From Bacteroidia bacterium (GTDB lineage Bacteria > Bacteroidota > Bacteroidia > NS11-12g > UBA9320), in assembly GCA_965216465.1 (NCBI GenBank), contig CBDCFW010000002.1:1-64000 (forward strand): DNA of 64,000 nt. The letters are read 5' to 3'. Position 1 is the stretch's first letter. Each line of letters opens with the position of its first letter. Made by a program: the position numbers and the translations under genes. The notes beneath the pieces were generated by a model, which was not told where the DNA came from, did not search any database, and saw nothing but the letters and a program-made list of their open reading frames with translations. Positions 38,294-48,054 of this stretch are shown one piece after another.

Positions 38294-38313
38294 TTAATTA
38301 TTTTGAATTAATC

Positions 38314-38907
38314 TTACAATAATTCATCTTTTGTGCAATCCCATTCGTATTCCTTGGTTTTGGGTATCACTTTCAGGCTATTGTTGTCCATTACAACCGT
38401 GCTATTTGACGGGATGTCGCCTTTAATATAACACCCCGCACCTATGGTAACATTGCTTCCAATGTTTGTGCCAGCAACAATACTCACATTTGCGCCTACC
38501 CAAACGTTGTCTCCTATAGTGATTCCTTTGGTATGACTCTTTTTGCGGTGGTCGTATTTGTAATGGTTGGTGGTAGTAATAATGGTGTTTTGACCGATGT
38601 TAACGTTGTTCCCTAAGGTTAAGCCTCCAGACGCATTAATGTAGATTCCTGGGTTGTCGCCTGGGTCACAGCAAATTCCCTTTTTAATGTTAGGCCAATC
38701 AACAATTTTTGATCTAAAATCAACCGGCCAAGGAACTGCTCCATTAATTCGTAGAACTTTTTGAAAAAAGAAGTAGCTGCGAATCACTTGGTAGTTTTTC
38801 ATATAGCCTTTACGTGGGCGTTTATACTGTGGATACAGCCATTTTACCCACCATCGGAATAAACTGTCATCTAAACCATTGGCAATATATTTGATTACTT
38901 TTTTCAC
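38314..38907 (-). CDS. hexapeptide-repeat (LbH) acyltransferase
   Basis: LGNNVNIGQN, IGDNVWVGANVSI..G.NIGSNVTIGAG. Likely GTG start at 38907 coupled to the flippase stop (TAGTG); the track start at 39054 lies inside the flippase. Confidence 0.85.
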   Translation of the reverse strand: MKKVIKYIANGLDDSLFRWWVKWLYPQYKRPRKGYMKNYQVIRSYFFFQKVLRINGAVPWPVDFRSKIVDWPNIKKGICCDPGDNPGIYINASGGLTLGNNVNIGQNTIITTTNHYKYDHRKKSHTKGITIGDNVWVGANVSIVAGTNIGSNVTIGAGCYIKGDIPSNSTVVMDNNSLKVIPKTKEYEWDCTKDELL

Positions 38908-40229
38908 TAAAAACCTTCTTTTATCATCAGGCCTAACCAAGTTAGGATGGCCATCAAAGCAATTGCAAATATGGTCTTTAGAATGGCGTTTCGGCCAAAC
39001 AGAAAGAAGAAATAATTTACAACAGCTAGGCGCAAAGTAACACCAACTATGCAAAAGTGTAAAAGAGCTTGTCTGGTTGTTCCTCCGTTATAATAGGTTA
39101 GATAAAGAGCCAAAGTTGTCGCTACCAAGAATATTAAATTGTACCCTAATTGAACATTTAATTTTCCATAAGTCTCAAAGGCACTTGAAAAAGCACTTGT
39201 TAAAAACATGCTGAAATAGAAGAATATGGTGATTTGAATGTATACCCCAGCTTCGGTCCAATTTGGGCCAAGAATGAAAGGAGCAATGCTGTCACCCCAA
39301 ACAGCAAAAACGGCTACAGGAATAACACCTCCTAAAAACATTAGGTTCAATAAATTGTGAGACAAGTTAGAAGCTTCTTCGCTGTTAGTGTTCAAACGTG
39401 CAATTCGCTCGAAGAATACTTGGCCAAGCGACATGCTGATCATGCTCATTGGCAGATAGGTAAGTTTGAGCGCATTGGCAAAATATCCCGTAGCTTCTTG
39501 CCCATCAAAGCTGCTAATTAGGAAGACAGGCATGCTCGTAGCTAAAATGTTAAGCAACGCTGCAGGCGTGCTAAACATGGGAAACATTCGGTACTTTTTA
39601 GCAATCGCTTTCAGGGCATTTTTATTAAACTTCCAGAGGGTAAAAGGAAGCCTTCTAACCATATGTCCTAAAGCAATAGTTTGTCCTAGAATATGTCCGG
39701 TTATCAAACCGTTAAAAGAAAAAAGTGCTAGCGATGGATGGCTTAGTTTGTAACCAGTACTGGTGAGTGAGGCAGACACCCGATTTGCTGATATGCGTTT
39801 ATATCCTTTCTGTCTATTGTACCATAAAATAAATGTTTCGGTACTGCTGGTTAACCATACAACAAGAGGAATGAAGTAAAGCATATTGGAGTTAGACAAG
39901 TTGAATAACTCACCAATACTTTTTCGGGCGATAATCACTGCGAGCAGGACCAATAAACTGGTGCACAAATTCAAAAACAGGCTGAGTCGGACGGTATTCT
40001 TTGCACTTTCAATATCATTCTCAACCACGGTTGCATGTTCATAACGCAAACCGGCAATAACAATAGCTATTCCCGAAATTTTAAGAAATGTTTCTAACTC
40101 ACCAAATTCTTCAGGACTGTAAATTCTGCCAAGTATGGTCAAAGCACTAAACGCGATAAGTTGTGCGATAAACGTGCCACTGAAAAGTACGCTGGCATTT
40201 TTAAGGAATTCTGTCTTAAATATTTTCAG
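38907..40229 (-). CDS. Wzx-type oligosaccharide flippase (probable CTG start)
   Basis: RIYSPEEFG, GLRYE.A and KKYRMFP motifs; about 12 TM helices. The frame extends upstream of TTG 40142 as LKIFKTEFLKNASVLFSGTFIAQLIAF, the typical Wzx first helix. Confidence 0.85.
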   Translation of the reverse strand: MKIFKTEFLKNASVLFSGTFIAQLIAFSALTILGRIYSPEEFGELETFLKISGIAIVIAGLRYEHATVVENDIESAKNTVRLSLFLNLCTSLLVLLAVIIARKSIGELFNLSNSNMLYFIPLVVWLTSSTETFILWYNRQKGYKRISANRVSASLTSTGYKLSHPSLALFSFNGLITGHILGQTIALGHMVRRLPFTLWKFNKNALKAIAKKYRMFPMFSTPAALLNILATSMPVFLISSFDGQEATGYFANALKLTYLPMSMISMSLGQVFFERIARLNTNSEEASNLSHNLLNLMFLGGVIPVAVFAVWGDSIAPFILGPNWTEAGVYIQITIFFYFSMFLTSAFSSAFETYGKLNVQLGYNLIFLVATTLALYLTYYNGGTTRQALLHFCIVGVTLRLAVVNYFFFLFGRNAILKTIFAIALMAILTWLGLMIKEGF

Positions 40230-40354
40230 AACAACAAATAAAAAGTATTCTAACTATTATAATGATTATAAAGTGACGTGAATTATTTAACAAGCGACAA
40301 CTCTGCACTCATATTTGTAAGGAAGTAGCGTGTTGCTTCGTTAATTAGAGAAAT

Positions 40355-41156
40355 ATGAGAGGTTTATTCTTTGTTTTAGTGGCTTTTGGTTTGATGTTTA
40401 GTTCGTGTAAGGAGGAAGCTGTTGTGAAAGACGACATTCAGCCGGAAGAAAATCAAGTGGAAGTTGATAAGTTTTATCGTCCGTTCGTTCATCATTTCTC
40501 AAGTACAGGATGCGGCGGTTGCGGGAGGTTCGGAATTCCAGTTCTGTCTCAAACCGCTGATGAAATGCAAGATTCGATTTTTGCCATGATAACGCATTTT
40601 AAATACAACGATGTCTTTATCACTCCTTCATCTCAAGCTATCGAACAAGCAATCTTGTCAAGATGGCATTCTCCGCAAATTTGGGTCGAGAACGAGGAGA
40701 TAACATTTGAAATATATCAATTGTCTATTGCTAATGCAGTTAAAGAAACCAAGAAAAGATTGCGTTTCAAGTCTTAATAATCAAGCCGAAGCATTTGTAG
40801 GGATTACTGCAGAGTTTAAAGAAAATCAACGCTACGACATTCACTATGCTGTCGAAAATAACACCAATGAAGAAGCTCAATTCTATGTTGAGATTTATGG
40901 TATGGAGGACAGCTTAATCGGAAGCCAAGCGGGAGCTGATCCTTTTCATTTGCCTCATTATCGTGTAAACCGTGGTGGCTTCTATGGTGAAATGGGCAAA
41001 GAGATAAATCTTGCACCAGGCGAAGCGGTTGAAGATGGATTTGAGTACGTTCCTTGTTGGGGATGCATCCCAGAAGATGTTTATTTCAATATTGTGGTCT
41101 GGAAAAAGTTGCCATCAGGGAAGTACGAATACGTTAATGGAAAAGAATTGAAATAG
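40355..41156 (+). pseudogene. Omp28-like thioredoxin-fold lipoprotein split by a single-base frameshift (or sequencing error)
   Basis: ORF1 has lipobox FSSC, FSSTGCGGCG (CxxC) and a cis-Pro-like SPQ. ORF2 continues in the +1 frame. Removing one T from TTT 40765-40767 gives KKRLR-SSLNNQAEAF in one frame. Confidence 0.7.
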
Positions 41157-41261
41157 TTTCAGTACTTCAATCTAAGAACTTACGAAATTATCTATCCTTG
41201 TTCATCCAGGATATTAGGCAAAGACAAATAGTCAAATAAATTTGCACCAAATTATCTTTCT

Positions 41262-42797
41262 ATGTCTGAAGAGCTTTTTAAAAATGTGATTTCTCACGCC
41301 AAAGAATACGGTTTTGTATTTCAAAGCAGTGAAATTTATGATGGCCTTGCGGCTGTTTATGACTACGGCCAAAATGGAGTGGAACTTAAAAAGAACATCC
41401 GCGAATACTGGTGGAAAAGCATGGTGCAGTTGCACGACAACATCGTAGGGGTGGATGCCTCAATTTTTATGCATCCTAAGGTGTGGAAGGCAAGTGGACA
41501 CGTTGATGGGTTTAACGACCCCATGATCGATAACAAAGATTCTAAGAAACGGTATAGAGCAGACGTTCTTATCGAGGAGCATCAAGAGAAATACAGAGTC
41601 AAGAATCAAAAGGAAATTACAAAAGCTAAAAAGCGATTTGGAGATGCTTTTGACGAGGCACAATTCGTAGCAACTAATCCAAATATCCTAAGAAATAATG
41701 CTAAAATAGCTGAAATCGATGAGCGATTAAAGGAAGGATTAGAGTCTGGCGAGTTGCACAAGATAAAAGAATTAATCGAAGAGCTTGGTATTGCTTGTCC
41801 GGTATCTGGAAGCAAAAATTGGACGGATGTGCGCCAATTCAATTTGATGTATTCCACGCAAATGAGTGCGACAGATGGAGAAAGTCAAATTTTCTTAAGA
41901 CCTGAAACTGCTCAGGGAATATTTGTAAACTACCTCAACGTTCAAAAGACGGGTAGAATGAAGCTGCCATTTGGTATTGCCCAAACAGGAAAGGCATTCA
42001 GAAATGAAATTGTTGCACGACAGTTCATTATGAGAATGAAGGAGTTTGAGCAGATGGAAATGCAATTCTTTGTTCAGCCAGGTACAGAGATGGAATGGTA
42101 TAAGTATTGGAAAGAACATCGTCTGAAATGGCATAAAAATCTTGGGATTTCCGAAGAAAATTACCGTTATCATGACCATGTTAAACTAGCACATTACGCA
42201 AATGCGGCTGTAGATATTGAGTATAATTTCCCTTTTGGATTTAAAGAAGTTGAAGGTATTCACTCTCGTACTGATTTTGACTTGAAGCAACACGAAGAAT
42301 TCACCGGAAAGAAGCTGAGATATTTTGACAACGAAAGAAATGAGAGCGATGTTCCATACGTGGTTGAAACGAGTATTGGTTTAGATCGAATGTTCTTGGT
42401 CTTAATGACAAATTCGTTAGTTGAAGAAGATTTGGGAGAAGGTCAATCTAGGACGGTTTTGAAATTGCCACCTGCCTTGGCTCCATTCCAATGTGCAGTT
42501 TTTCCATTAACTAAAAAAGATGGGTTGCCAGAATTAGCCAAAGAGGTAATGAAGGACCTTAAGCTTGATTTTAATTGCTATTATGAGGAAAAAGACGCAA
42601 TTGGTAAGCGATATAGAAGACAAGATGCGATAGGTACACCAATTTGCATTACTGTTGATCACGACAGCCTTGAAGATAAATCTGTTACGATTCGTTTTAG
42701 AGATACAATGGAACAGAAGCGTGTAAAGATTGCTGACCTAAGTGATATTATCGCTCAGGAAGTAAGCATGAAGGCTTTGCTTAAAGGCTTACTCTAG
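41262..42797 (+). CDS. glyS: glycine--tRNA ligase (alpha2 type)
   Basis: SSEIYDGL..VYDYG, LRPETAQGIF, FRNEI, EFEQMEMQFF, LAHYA, ETSIGLDR, IGKRYRRQDAIGTP. Confidence 0.97.
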   Translation: MSEELFKNVISHAKEYGFVFQSSEIYDGLAAVYDYGQNGVELKKNIREYWWKSMVQLHDNIVGVDASIFMHPKVWKASGHVDGFNDPMIDNKDSKKRYRADVLIEEHQEKYRVKNQKEITKAKKRFGDAFDEAQFVATNPNILRNNAKIAEIDERLKEGLESGELHKIKELIEELGIACPVSGSKNWTDVRQFNLMYSTQMSATDGESQIFLRPETAQGIFVNYLNVQKTGRMKLPFGIAQTGKAFRNEIVARQFIMRMKEFEQMEMQFFVQPGTEMEWYKYWKEHRLKWHKNLGISEENYRYHDHVKLAHYANAAVDIEYNFPFGFKEVEGIHSRTDFDLKQHEEFTGKKLRYFDNERNESDVPYVVETSIGLDRMFLVLMTNSLVEEDLGEGQSRTVLKLPPALAPFQCAVFPLTKKDGLPELAKEVMKDLKLDFNCYYEEKDAIGKRYRRQDAIGTPICITVDHDSLEDKSVTIRFRDTMEQKRVKIADLSDIIAQEVSMKALLKGLL

Positions 42798-43658
42798 ACC
42801 GCAAGCTTCTTCGCTGAATTCAGTTTCAATAGTGTAGTGCTTAAAAGGATATTTTTTAAGCACATCTTTCACATCACATTTTACTTGATGCAGTTCACCT
42901 AGACTGGAGATTTCTTTCAGTTTAACATGGGTAGAGAATACATGGTGTTCCCCTTCTAAAGACCAGATGTGTGTGTGATGAACGGAATGCACATGTTCTA
43001 TTGCTGTAATCTCCTTTTCTATGCTCTTAAGATCAACATCGTCTGGAATTCCTTGCAGGAAGAGGAATAAAGTTTCTTTCAGACGCTTTATTACATTCCA
43101 AAGGATATAGGCTGTAATTGCTATCGATAAAGCAGGATCCAATACCGGAATGTTTTTGAATATTAATATGATAGAAACAATCAGTACAGCAACCCAACCA
43201 AGCATGTCTTCGACCATGTGCCATGACACCACTTTTTCATTCATGCTTTTTCCGGTGCTTAACTTGTATGCCGCATATCCATTAACTGCTATTCCTACGA
43301 GTGCGAACAAAAACATTCCATATGCATTGGTGTCTTCTGGTGCCATTATTCTCTGAACAGCCTCATTTATTATAAAGATTGAACCTAGAATTAGAATTAC
43401 ACAATTAATCAATGCACCAAGCAGAGAGAATCTAGCGTAGCCAAAAGAAAACTTGTTGTCAGCTTTTTGCTTAGACTTGTTTTGAAGGAACCAAGCCATA
43501 CCAAGAGACAGGCTGTCTCCAAGGTCATGAATAGCATCCGATAAGATGGCAATACTGTTTACATAGAGCCCGCCAATAATTTCAAAAATAGTGAAACCAA
43601 GATTGAGAAAAAAAGCAAGTTTTATGTTCTTGGTTCCATTATCGTGATTGGTTCCCAT
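42789..43658 (-). CDS. cation diffusion facilitator (CzcD-like Zn/Co/Cd transporter)
   Basis: SDAIHDLGD, FSFGY.R, HMVED, DP.LS, HHTHIWSL. ATG 43658 lies 6 nt after a TAACTTTG box (43665-43672, minus strand). Confidence 0.92.
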   Translation of the reverse strand: MGTNHDNGTKNIKLAFFLNLGFTIFEIIGGLYVNSIAILSDAIHDLGDSLSLGMAWFLQNKSKQKADNKFSFGYARFSLLGALINCVILILGSIFIINEAVQRIMAPEDTNAYGMFLFALVGIAVNGYAAYKLSTGKSMNEKVVSWHMVEDMLGWVAVLIVSIILIFKNIPVLDPALSIAITAYILWNVIKRLKETLFLFLQGIPDDVDLKSIEKEITAIEHVHSVHHTHIWSLEGEHHVFSTHVKLKEISSLGELHQVKCDVKDVLKKYPFKHYTIETEFSEEACGLE

Positions 43659-43683
43659 ACCTAGCAAAGTTATAAATCCTTGC

Positions 43684-44040
43684 TCAGTTTTCTTGGGTCT
43701 TTCGCTTATTTAGACCGACTAAAATGAACATGAGTGCAATTACTGGTATCGCTAAAAACCAGGGATTCAAAAATTGATCCGGACGAACTGAAAAAAATAC
43801 GAGCGACCCTACTAATGCAATAATAGCACCCAAGAATTTCTTGAAAAGTGCTACACCTAAGCCAAGAACCATAACTATCATGCTATAAAATGATATGGCC
43901 TCTGGAATTGAACTGAAACCTGAAGAGTTAGATTCACCGCCCCCGATAACATGTGCAGCGACCATGAAAATAAAAAAGGCGAAAACAAGCCCTCCTAATA
44001 TCCGGGCGGTCCAGAGAATGATTTTGTTAAATTTTTTCAT
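43684..44040 (-). CDS. small four-TM hypothetical membrane protein
   Basis: MKKFNKIILWTARILG...; ATG 44040 overlaps the GNAT stop (ATGA). Confidence 0.65.
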   Translation of the reverse strand: MKKFNKIILWTARILGGLVFAFFIFMVAAHVIGGGESNSSGFSSIPEAISFYSMIVMVLGLGVALFKKFLGAIIALVGSLVFFSVRPDQFLNPWFLAIPVIALMFILVGLNKRKTQEN

Positions 44041-44645
44041 AATGATTTTGTTAAATGACGTGTTTCTCGTTTGCGCATGAACCAAACGTTAATGTTGTTG
44101 ATTGGATTGATCCAGTGCTTATATACTTCAAATCCAAAGCGTTCATACACTCGTTTATTTTGTTCTAAAGTTGTTTCAGCATAAAGGTCAAGTTTTTGTT
44201 GCTTGGCCATGCTAATTATTCCTAATGCCAAGTCACGTGCCGAGACTTTTGGCTGTTCGTCAGGTTCTACTCCAAAAAACCAAAAGTAAAGGTATTTTCC
44301 ATGCCTTGGGCGTTGAGTTTGTACTTTATAGTTGTGGTATGCAGTAATGATTATTTTCCGAATTGAGAAGGCCATCACTATGGCTTTAAGCAGTTTTAAG
44401 GTGTCTTTAAAATCTTTTTCTAAACATTTGTAATTGTAACAAATCGCAGCACCTCTGCCGTTTTCTGACAAATAAACGCCATTACGCCTAATGGCAAAAT
44501 CGAAGGCATAGCTGGCAACTTGCCAAATGTGTTTTTCTTTGTTTTTATGACTTCTAATGATATAGAGCAGAGTAGGATTATTCATAAATGATTTGGTCAG
44601 AATACGGACGACCTGCTCTTTGTTTTGAATTGTTGCTAGTTTCAT
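44037..44645 (-). CDS. GNAT-family N-acyltransferase
   Basis: LYFWFFGV.P and LYAETTLEQNKRVYERFGF (motif B); ILTKSF..NP at the N-terminus. Confidence 0.85.
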   Translation of the reverse strand: MKLATIQNKEQVVRILTKSFMNNPTLLYIIRSHKNKEKHIWQVASYAFDFAIRRNGVYLSENGRGAAICYNYKCLEKDFKDTLKLLKAIVMAFSIRKIIITAYHNYKVQTQRPRHGKYLYFWFFGVEPDEQPKVSARDLALGIISMAKQQKLDLYAETTLEQNKRVYERFGFEVYKHWINPINNINVWFMRKRETRHLTKSL

Positions 44646-44650
44646 GGCGA

Positions 44651-45712
44651 TTAAAAATTAGGTTCAACAGATAGAGTTTTAAGTCTTCTTAGATGAGAAA
44701 GAGATGTTTGAAATAGGTTCTTATAAGCATGGTAGGGATAACCGTATTTTTTAGCCAGCGATCTTATTTCGGGGGTTATAAGATGGTACTTCGTATGACT
44801 AACATTGGGAAAGAAATGATGAGCTACGTGGTGATTAAATCCTCCAAAGAAATGAGTAGTCAACTTACACTTGGTTGCGAAGTCTGCAGTGGTTTGCAAT
44901 TGGTGTTCTGCCCAGGTGAAAGGAAGGTGCACGCTATTCGAAACAACTTCTTGAGATTCTCCAATATGCGTGCTGATTAAGGCAAATGTTGTAATTGCAC
45001 TTGCAGAAATATGAAAGAGAATAAATCCTAGTAATGCAGTGGGAAAAGCGACATCTAGCACTAGGGGTATGGTAAAGAAGCTTGAAACATGAAAGATTTT
45101 GGCAATCAGCAACTTGATAATTTCCTTCTTAGGATGCTTTACATTCTTTTTGATGCCAAATTGACCCGTGCTCATATCTTTAAAGTCTCGAACAAAAAAC
45201 CATATTAAGGTGTAGGTTAGAAATGCGAAAGGCATATACAAATGCTGGTAGCGGTGATGACTCTTAAATTGTTGATTTGGACTCAGGCGAATGATTTTTG
45301 ATTGCTCTATATCCATGTCCCATTCGTTTACATTGGCATAAGCGTGATGAGAATAAATGTGTCGAAGCTCCCAGAAGTAAGCACTGGTTCCGAGAATGGA
45401 AAAGACCATGCGGCCCAGTCTATTTAGATATCTGTGCTTAGAAAAAGTATTGTGCACCGCTTCGTGCCCTATATTAAGCACAATGGGTAGACTTAAAATC
45501 CCTAAAATAACAGGAAGTACTAACGCTAGACTACTTTGAGGAATGAGAATCCAGTAGGCTATAAGGCAAGCAAAGAATCCTGCAACCAGTGCTAAGCACT
45601 TTATGAAAAGAACATGTGAGCTTTCCTTATGAGTTTTTAATTTTTGATGAACCTTTTGACGAAGTTCGACTAAGAACTTGTTATCATTGGGTTTAAATTT
45701 TGGTTGTTTCAT
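44651..45712 (-). CDS. membrane-bound fatty acid desaturase (acyl-CoA/linoleoyl-CoA desaturase-like)
   Basis: Three His boxes: HEAVH, HIYSHH and FNHHVAHHFFP; W..HQL.TT.DF. No cytochrome b5 domain. Confidence 0.9.
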   Translation of the reverse strand: MKQPKFKPNDNKFLVELRQKVHQKLKTHKESSHVLFIKCLALVAGFFACLIAYWILIPQSSLALVLPVILGILSLPIVLNIGHEAVHNTFSKHRYLNRLGRMVFSILGTSAYFWELRHIYSHHAYANVNEWDMDIEQSKIIRLSPNQQFKSHHRYQHLYMPFAFLTYTLIWFFVRDFKDMSTGQFGIKKNVKHPKKEIIKLLIAKIFHVSSFFTIPLVLDVAFPTALLGFILFHISASAITTFALISTHIGESQEVVSNSVHLPFTWAEHQLQTTADFATKCKLTTHFFGGFNHHVAHHFFPNVSHTKYHLITPEIRSLAKKYGYPYHAYKNLFQTSLSHLRRLKTLSVEPNF

Positions 45713-45755
45713 GGCGATTCAATTTAAAAAAAATAGAGTTTTCAATAGTCGAGTT

Positions 45756-46832
45756 TTATTTTCTAGCGTTGAATCCGAAAGAGAATCCAAATCTTAAATT
45801 GTCTTTAGAAGGAACTACAAATGCGTTGATAGGGATATTTAGCTTGCCAGATTTTAAGGAGTAACCAGCAGCAATTACTACATACGTATTCATGCGTAAA
45901 CCTCCTCGACTGTCAGCCTTCCACTCTAATGGAGCATTGTCGATGTTTTCACGGTCAACTGGGCGATACCAAGTTCCTTCGTGCTCATACTTCTTTGTTT
46001 GCGTGCCGAAATTTACAGAAGGACCAATCGCGAATTCTAATCCATTCTTATTGCTTCTAATTCCGTTCATTATAGTGAAGCTAGGGATGAAATAACCTTG
46101 GTCAAGTCCAGATACCAATGGAATAAATTCAAATAGTGCTTGCCATTGACCCTCATTTAAATATTGCTTTTCGAACTGGTAACCCATTTGAAAGAATGCG
46201 GGATGTGCATCATATCCTCCTTCATGCTTAGGGGCTTGAAGAACGTTTGCAGCTTCTCCAGTGAAGAAGGTGTAACCCATTCGTGGTCCAGAAAGGTTTA
46301 ATGTCTGGTAATATGGGTTGTTGATAGCACTTTCATAGCTTTCTCTATTCGAAAGACTGTTAATAATTACTTGGTCGTTTTCTAATCCCAACAGTTCATT
46401 TACGCTAATACTGATCATAGTGTTGATCTTTTCAGGGATGAACAGAAACTCACGTACTACCTCTTTTTCTATCGTTTTTGTTTTAATGTTTACAAGACGA
46501 AGGCGAATAAATAAAGCTTCGCCAAGTTTATCGGCACTACCTGAAACTACCCAGGCAACATCAAGCTCTTCACCGGCCGCGGAAAGGCAAGATTTGCTAA
46601 AGCAAGACGAGGAGTTAATTTCGGCTGATTGAAGTGATTCTGCGATTTCGTATCTATCAATCATTTCATATCTATTGTGTCTACTGATCTCGATACGCAA
46701 TAACTCGGTGAGTTGTGAAGCTGAAAAAGCTTGGTCGTTAGCGTCAAAACTAATAACAGCTAATTTAGGGGATTGTGCATGCGCTAAAAGTTGCATGGTA
46801 AAAATTGTAAGTGTTAAAATTAATTTTTTCAT
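45756..46832 (-). CDS. exported protein: CsgG/TolB-N-like domain plus C-terminal beta-barrel-like domain
   Basis: Signal peptide from ATG 46832; KLAVISF, MIDR..I, C....C....G..L...V.SGS..KLG; C-terminal amphipathic strands ending FGFSFGFNARK. Confidence 0.6.
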   Translation of the reverse strand: MKKLILTLTIFTMQLLAHAQSPKLAVISFDANDQAFSASQLTELLRIEISRHNRYEMIDRYEIAESLQSAEINSSSCFSKSCLSAAGEELDVAWVVSGSADKLGEALFIRLRLVNIKTKTIEKEVVREFLFIPEKINTMISISVNELLGLENDQVIINSLSNRESYESAINNPYYQTLNLSGPRMGYTFFTGEAANVLQAPKHEGGYDAHPAFFQMGYQFEKQYLNEGQWQALFEFIPLVSGLDQGYFIPSFTIMNGIRSNKNGLEFAIGPSVNFGTQTKKYEHEGTWYRPVDRENIDNAPLEWKADSRGGLRMNTYVVIAAGYSLKSGKLNIPINAFVVPSKDNLRFGFSFGFNARK

Positions 46833-47055
46833 GGTTTGATCGTTTTGTTGGTTCAAAGATGAGATCACACCACTTGGTTTGTTAATTGAATAACGCTAGT
46901 AAACTATTAAAAAACAAAATATTGCAGAATAATAAATACTTGTTGCAGCTCAATTTGCTTAAATGACGTGTAAATATTTATAAATTTTGACTACGTTATT
47001 GAAATATGCGTTAAATTTATATTACATTTGATTGAATTATTAAAAAATACAAAAA

Positions 47056-48054
47056 ATGAGTGGACAGCACATTTTGATAGAACAATGCAAGGAGAGAATA
47101 GGAAAACGTAGTTTGGCTACCGAACTATCTGACTTGTTAGGGGTAAATGCCGATGCTGCATACAGAAGAATGCGTGGAGAGACCGCTTTAACCTTCGATG
47201 AAATTCAAAAGATCTGTTTACACTTTAATATATCGTTCGACTCTATTATAAATTATCGTGGAAAACTGGTGCCTTTTCAATTCAACGCGATGTTTGGTCC
47301 TGAGTTTAGTATTCTTAACTATTTGAGAAACATTGAGGGTGAAGTAAAATCGTTAGCCTCGAATGAGGATACTCGTATCGTTATGACTGCAATGGATTTG
47401 CCTTACTTTAGGCAATTCGGTTTTAGCTACTTAAGTCGTTTTAAACTCTTTTTCTGGCAGCGTTCGGTGCTAAACTTACCAGACTATCGCCATAAAAAGT
47501 TTGATGCAGAAGAGCGAATTGATGACTATGAAGTAATTACCGAAAGTATCTATAAAAATTATCACAATGTAGACTCCATCGAAATTTGGGCACCTGAAAC
47601 CTTAGATAGTACAATTAAACAAATACAGTACTTCGCAGAATCCGGCTTGTTTGCCAATGACGAAACCGGAATAAAAATTTGCAACGACATTGATAGGCTG
47701 TTAGACAAACTTGAATCAGAAGCAGAAAGAGGAAAGAAAATTCTATCAACTCCAGAAGGAACTTTTTCAAGTCCGTTTAAAATGTATCAGAGCGACATCT
47801 ACATGAGCAACAATTGTATTCAAGGTCATTTGAATGGCAAAGTGTATACGTATGTAAGTTTTAACTCGTTTAATTCGCTGATGTCGTTTACACCAAATTT
47901 CTCAGAAGAGTGCAATCGCTGGATTGAACAAATCAGATTGAAATCTATTTTATTGAGCGAGGTGTCTGAAAAACTGAGATACCAGTTCTTTAAAAGTTTA
48001 CGTGTAAAGGTCAACGAAACCCGTGATCAGATTGTAAAGCAGTCTACTTTTTGA
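47056..48054 (+). CDS. HTH (BetR/XRE-like) transcriptional regulator with large C-terminal domain
   Basis: LATELSDLLGVNADAAYRRMRGETALTFDEI..IC.HFNISFD. TACATTTG box at 47023-47030. Confidence 0.8.
   Translation: MSGQHILIEQCKERIGKRSLATELSDLLGVNADAAYRRMRGETALTFDEIQKICLHFNISFDSIINYRGKLVPFQFNAMFGPEFSILNYLRNIEGEVKSLASNEDTRIVMTAMDLPYFRQFGFSYLSRFKLFFWQRSVLNLPDYRHKKFDAEERIDDYEVITESIYKNYHNVDSIEIWAPETLDSTIKQIQYFAESGLFANDETGIKICNDIDRLLDKLESEAERGKKILSTPEGTFSSPFKMYQSDIYMSNNCIQGHLNGKVYTYVSFNSFNSLMSFTPNFSEECNRWIEQIRLKSILLSEVSEKLRYQFFKSLRVKVNETRDQIVKQSTF

Noticed and set aside
37943-38313. Possible tRNA next to rpsT
   Set aside because: Only a terminator hairpin and a promoter box are present. No cloverleaf or T-loop GTTCGA context is visible and the gaps are too short.
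38908-39054. Cys-rich N-terminal extension of the acyltransferase in the ORF track
   Set aside because: It overlaps the flippase in another frame. GTG 38907 coupled to the flippase stop is the more plausible start.
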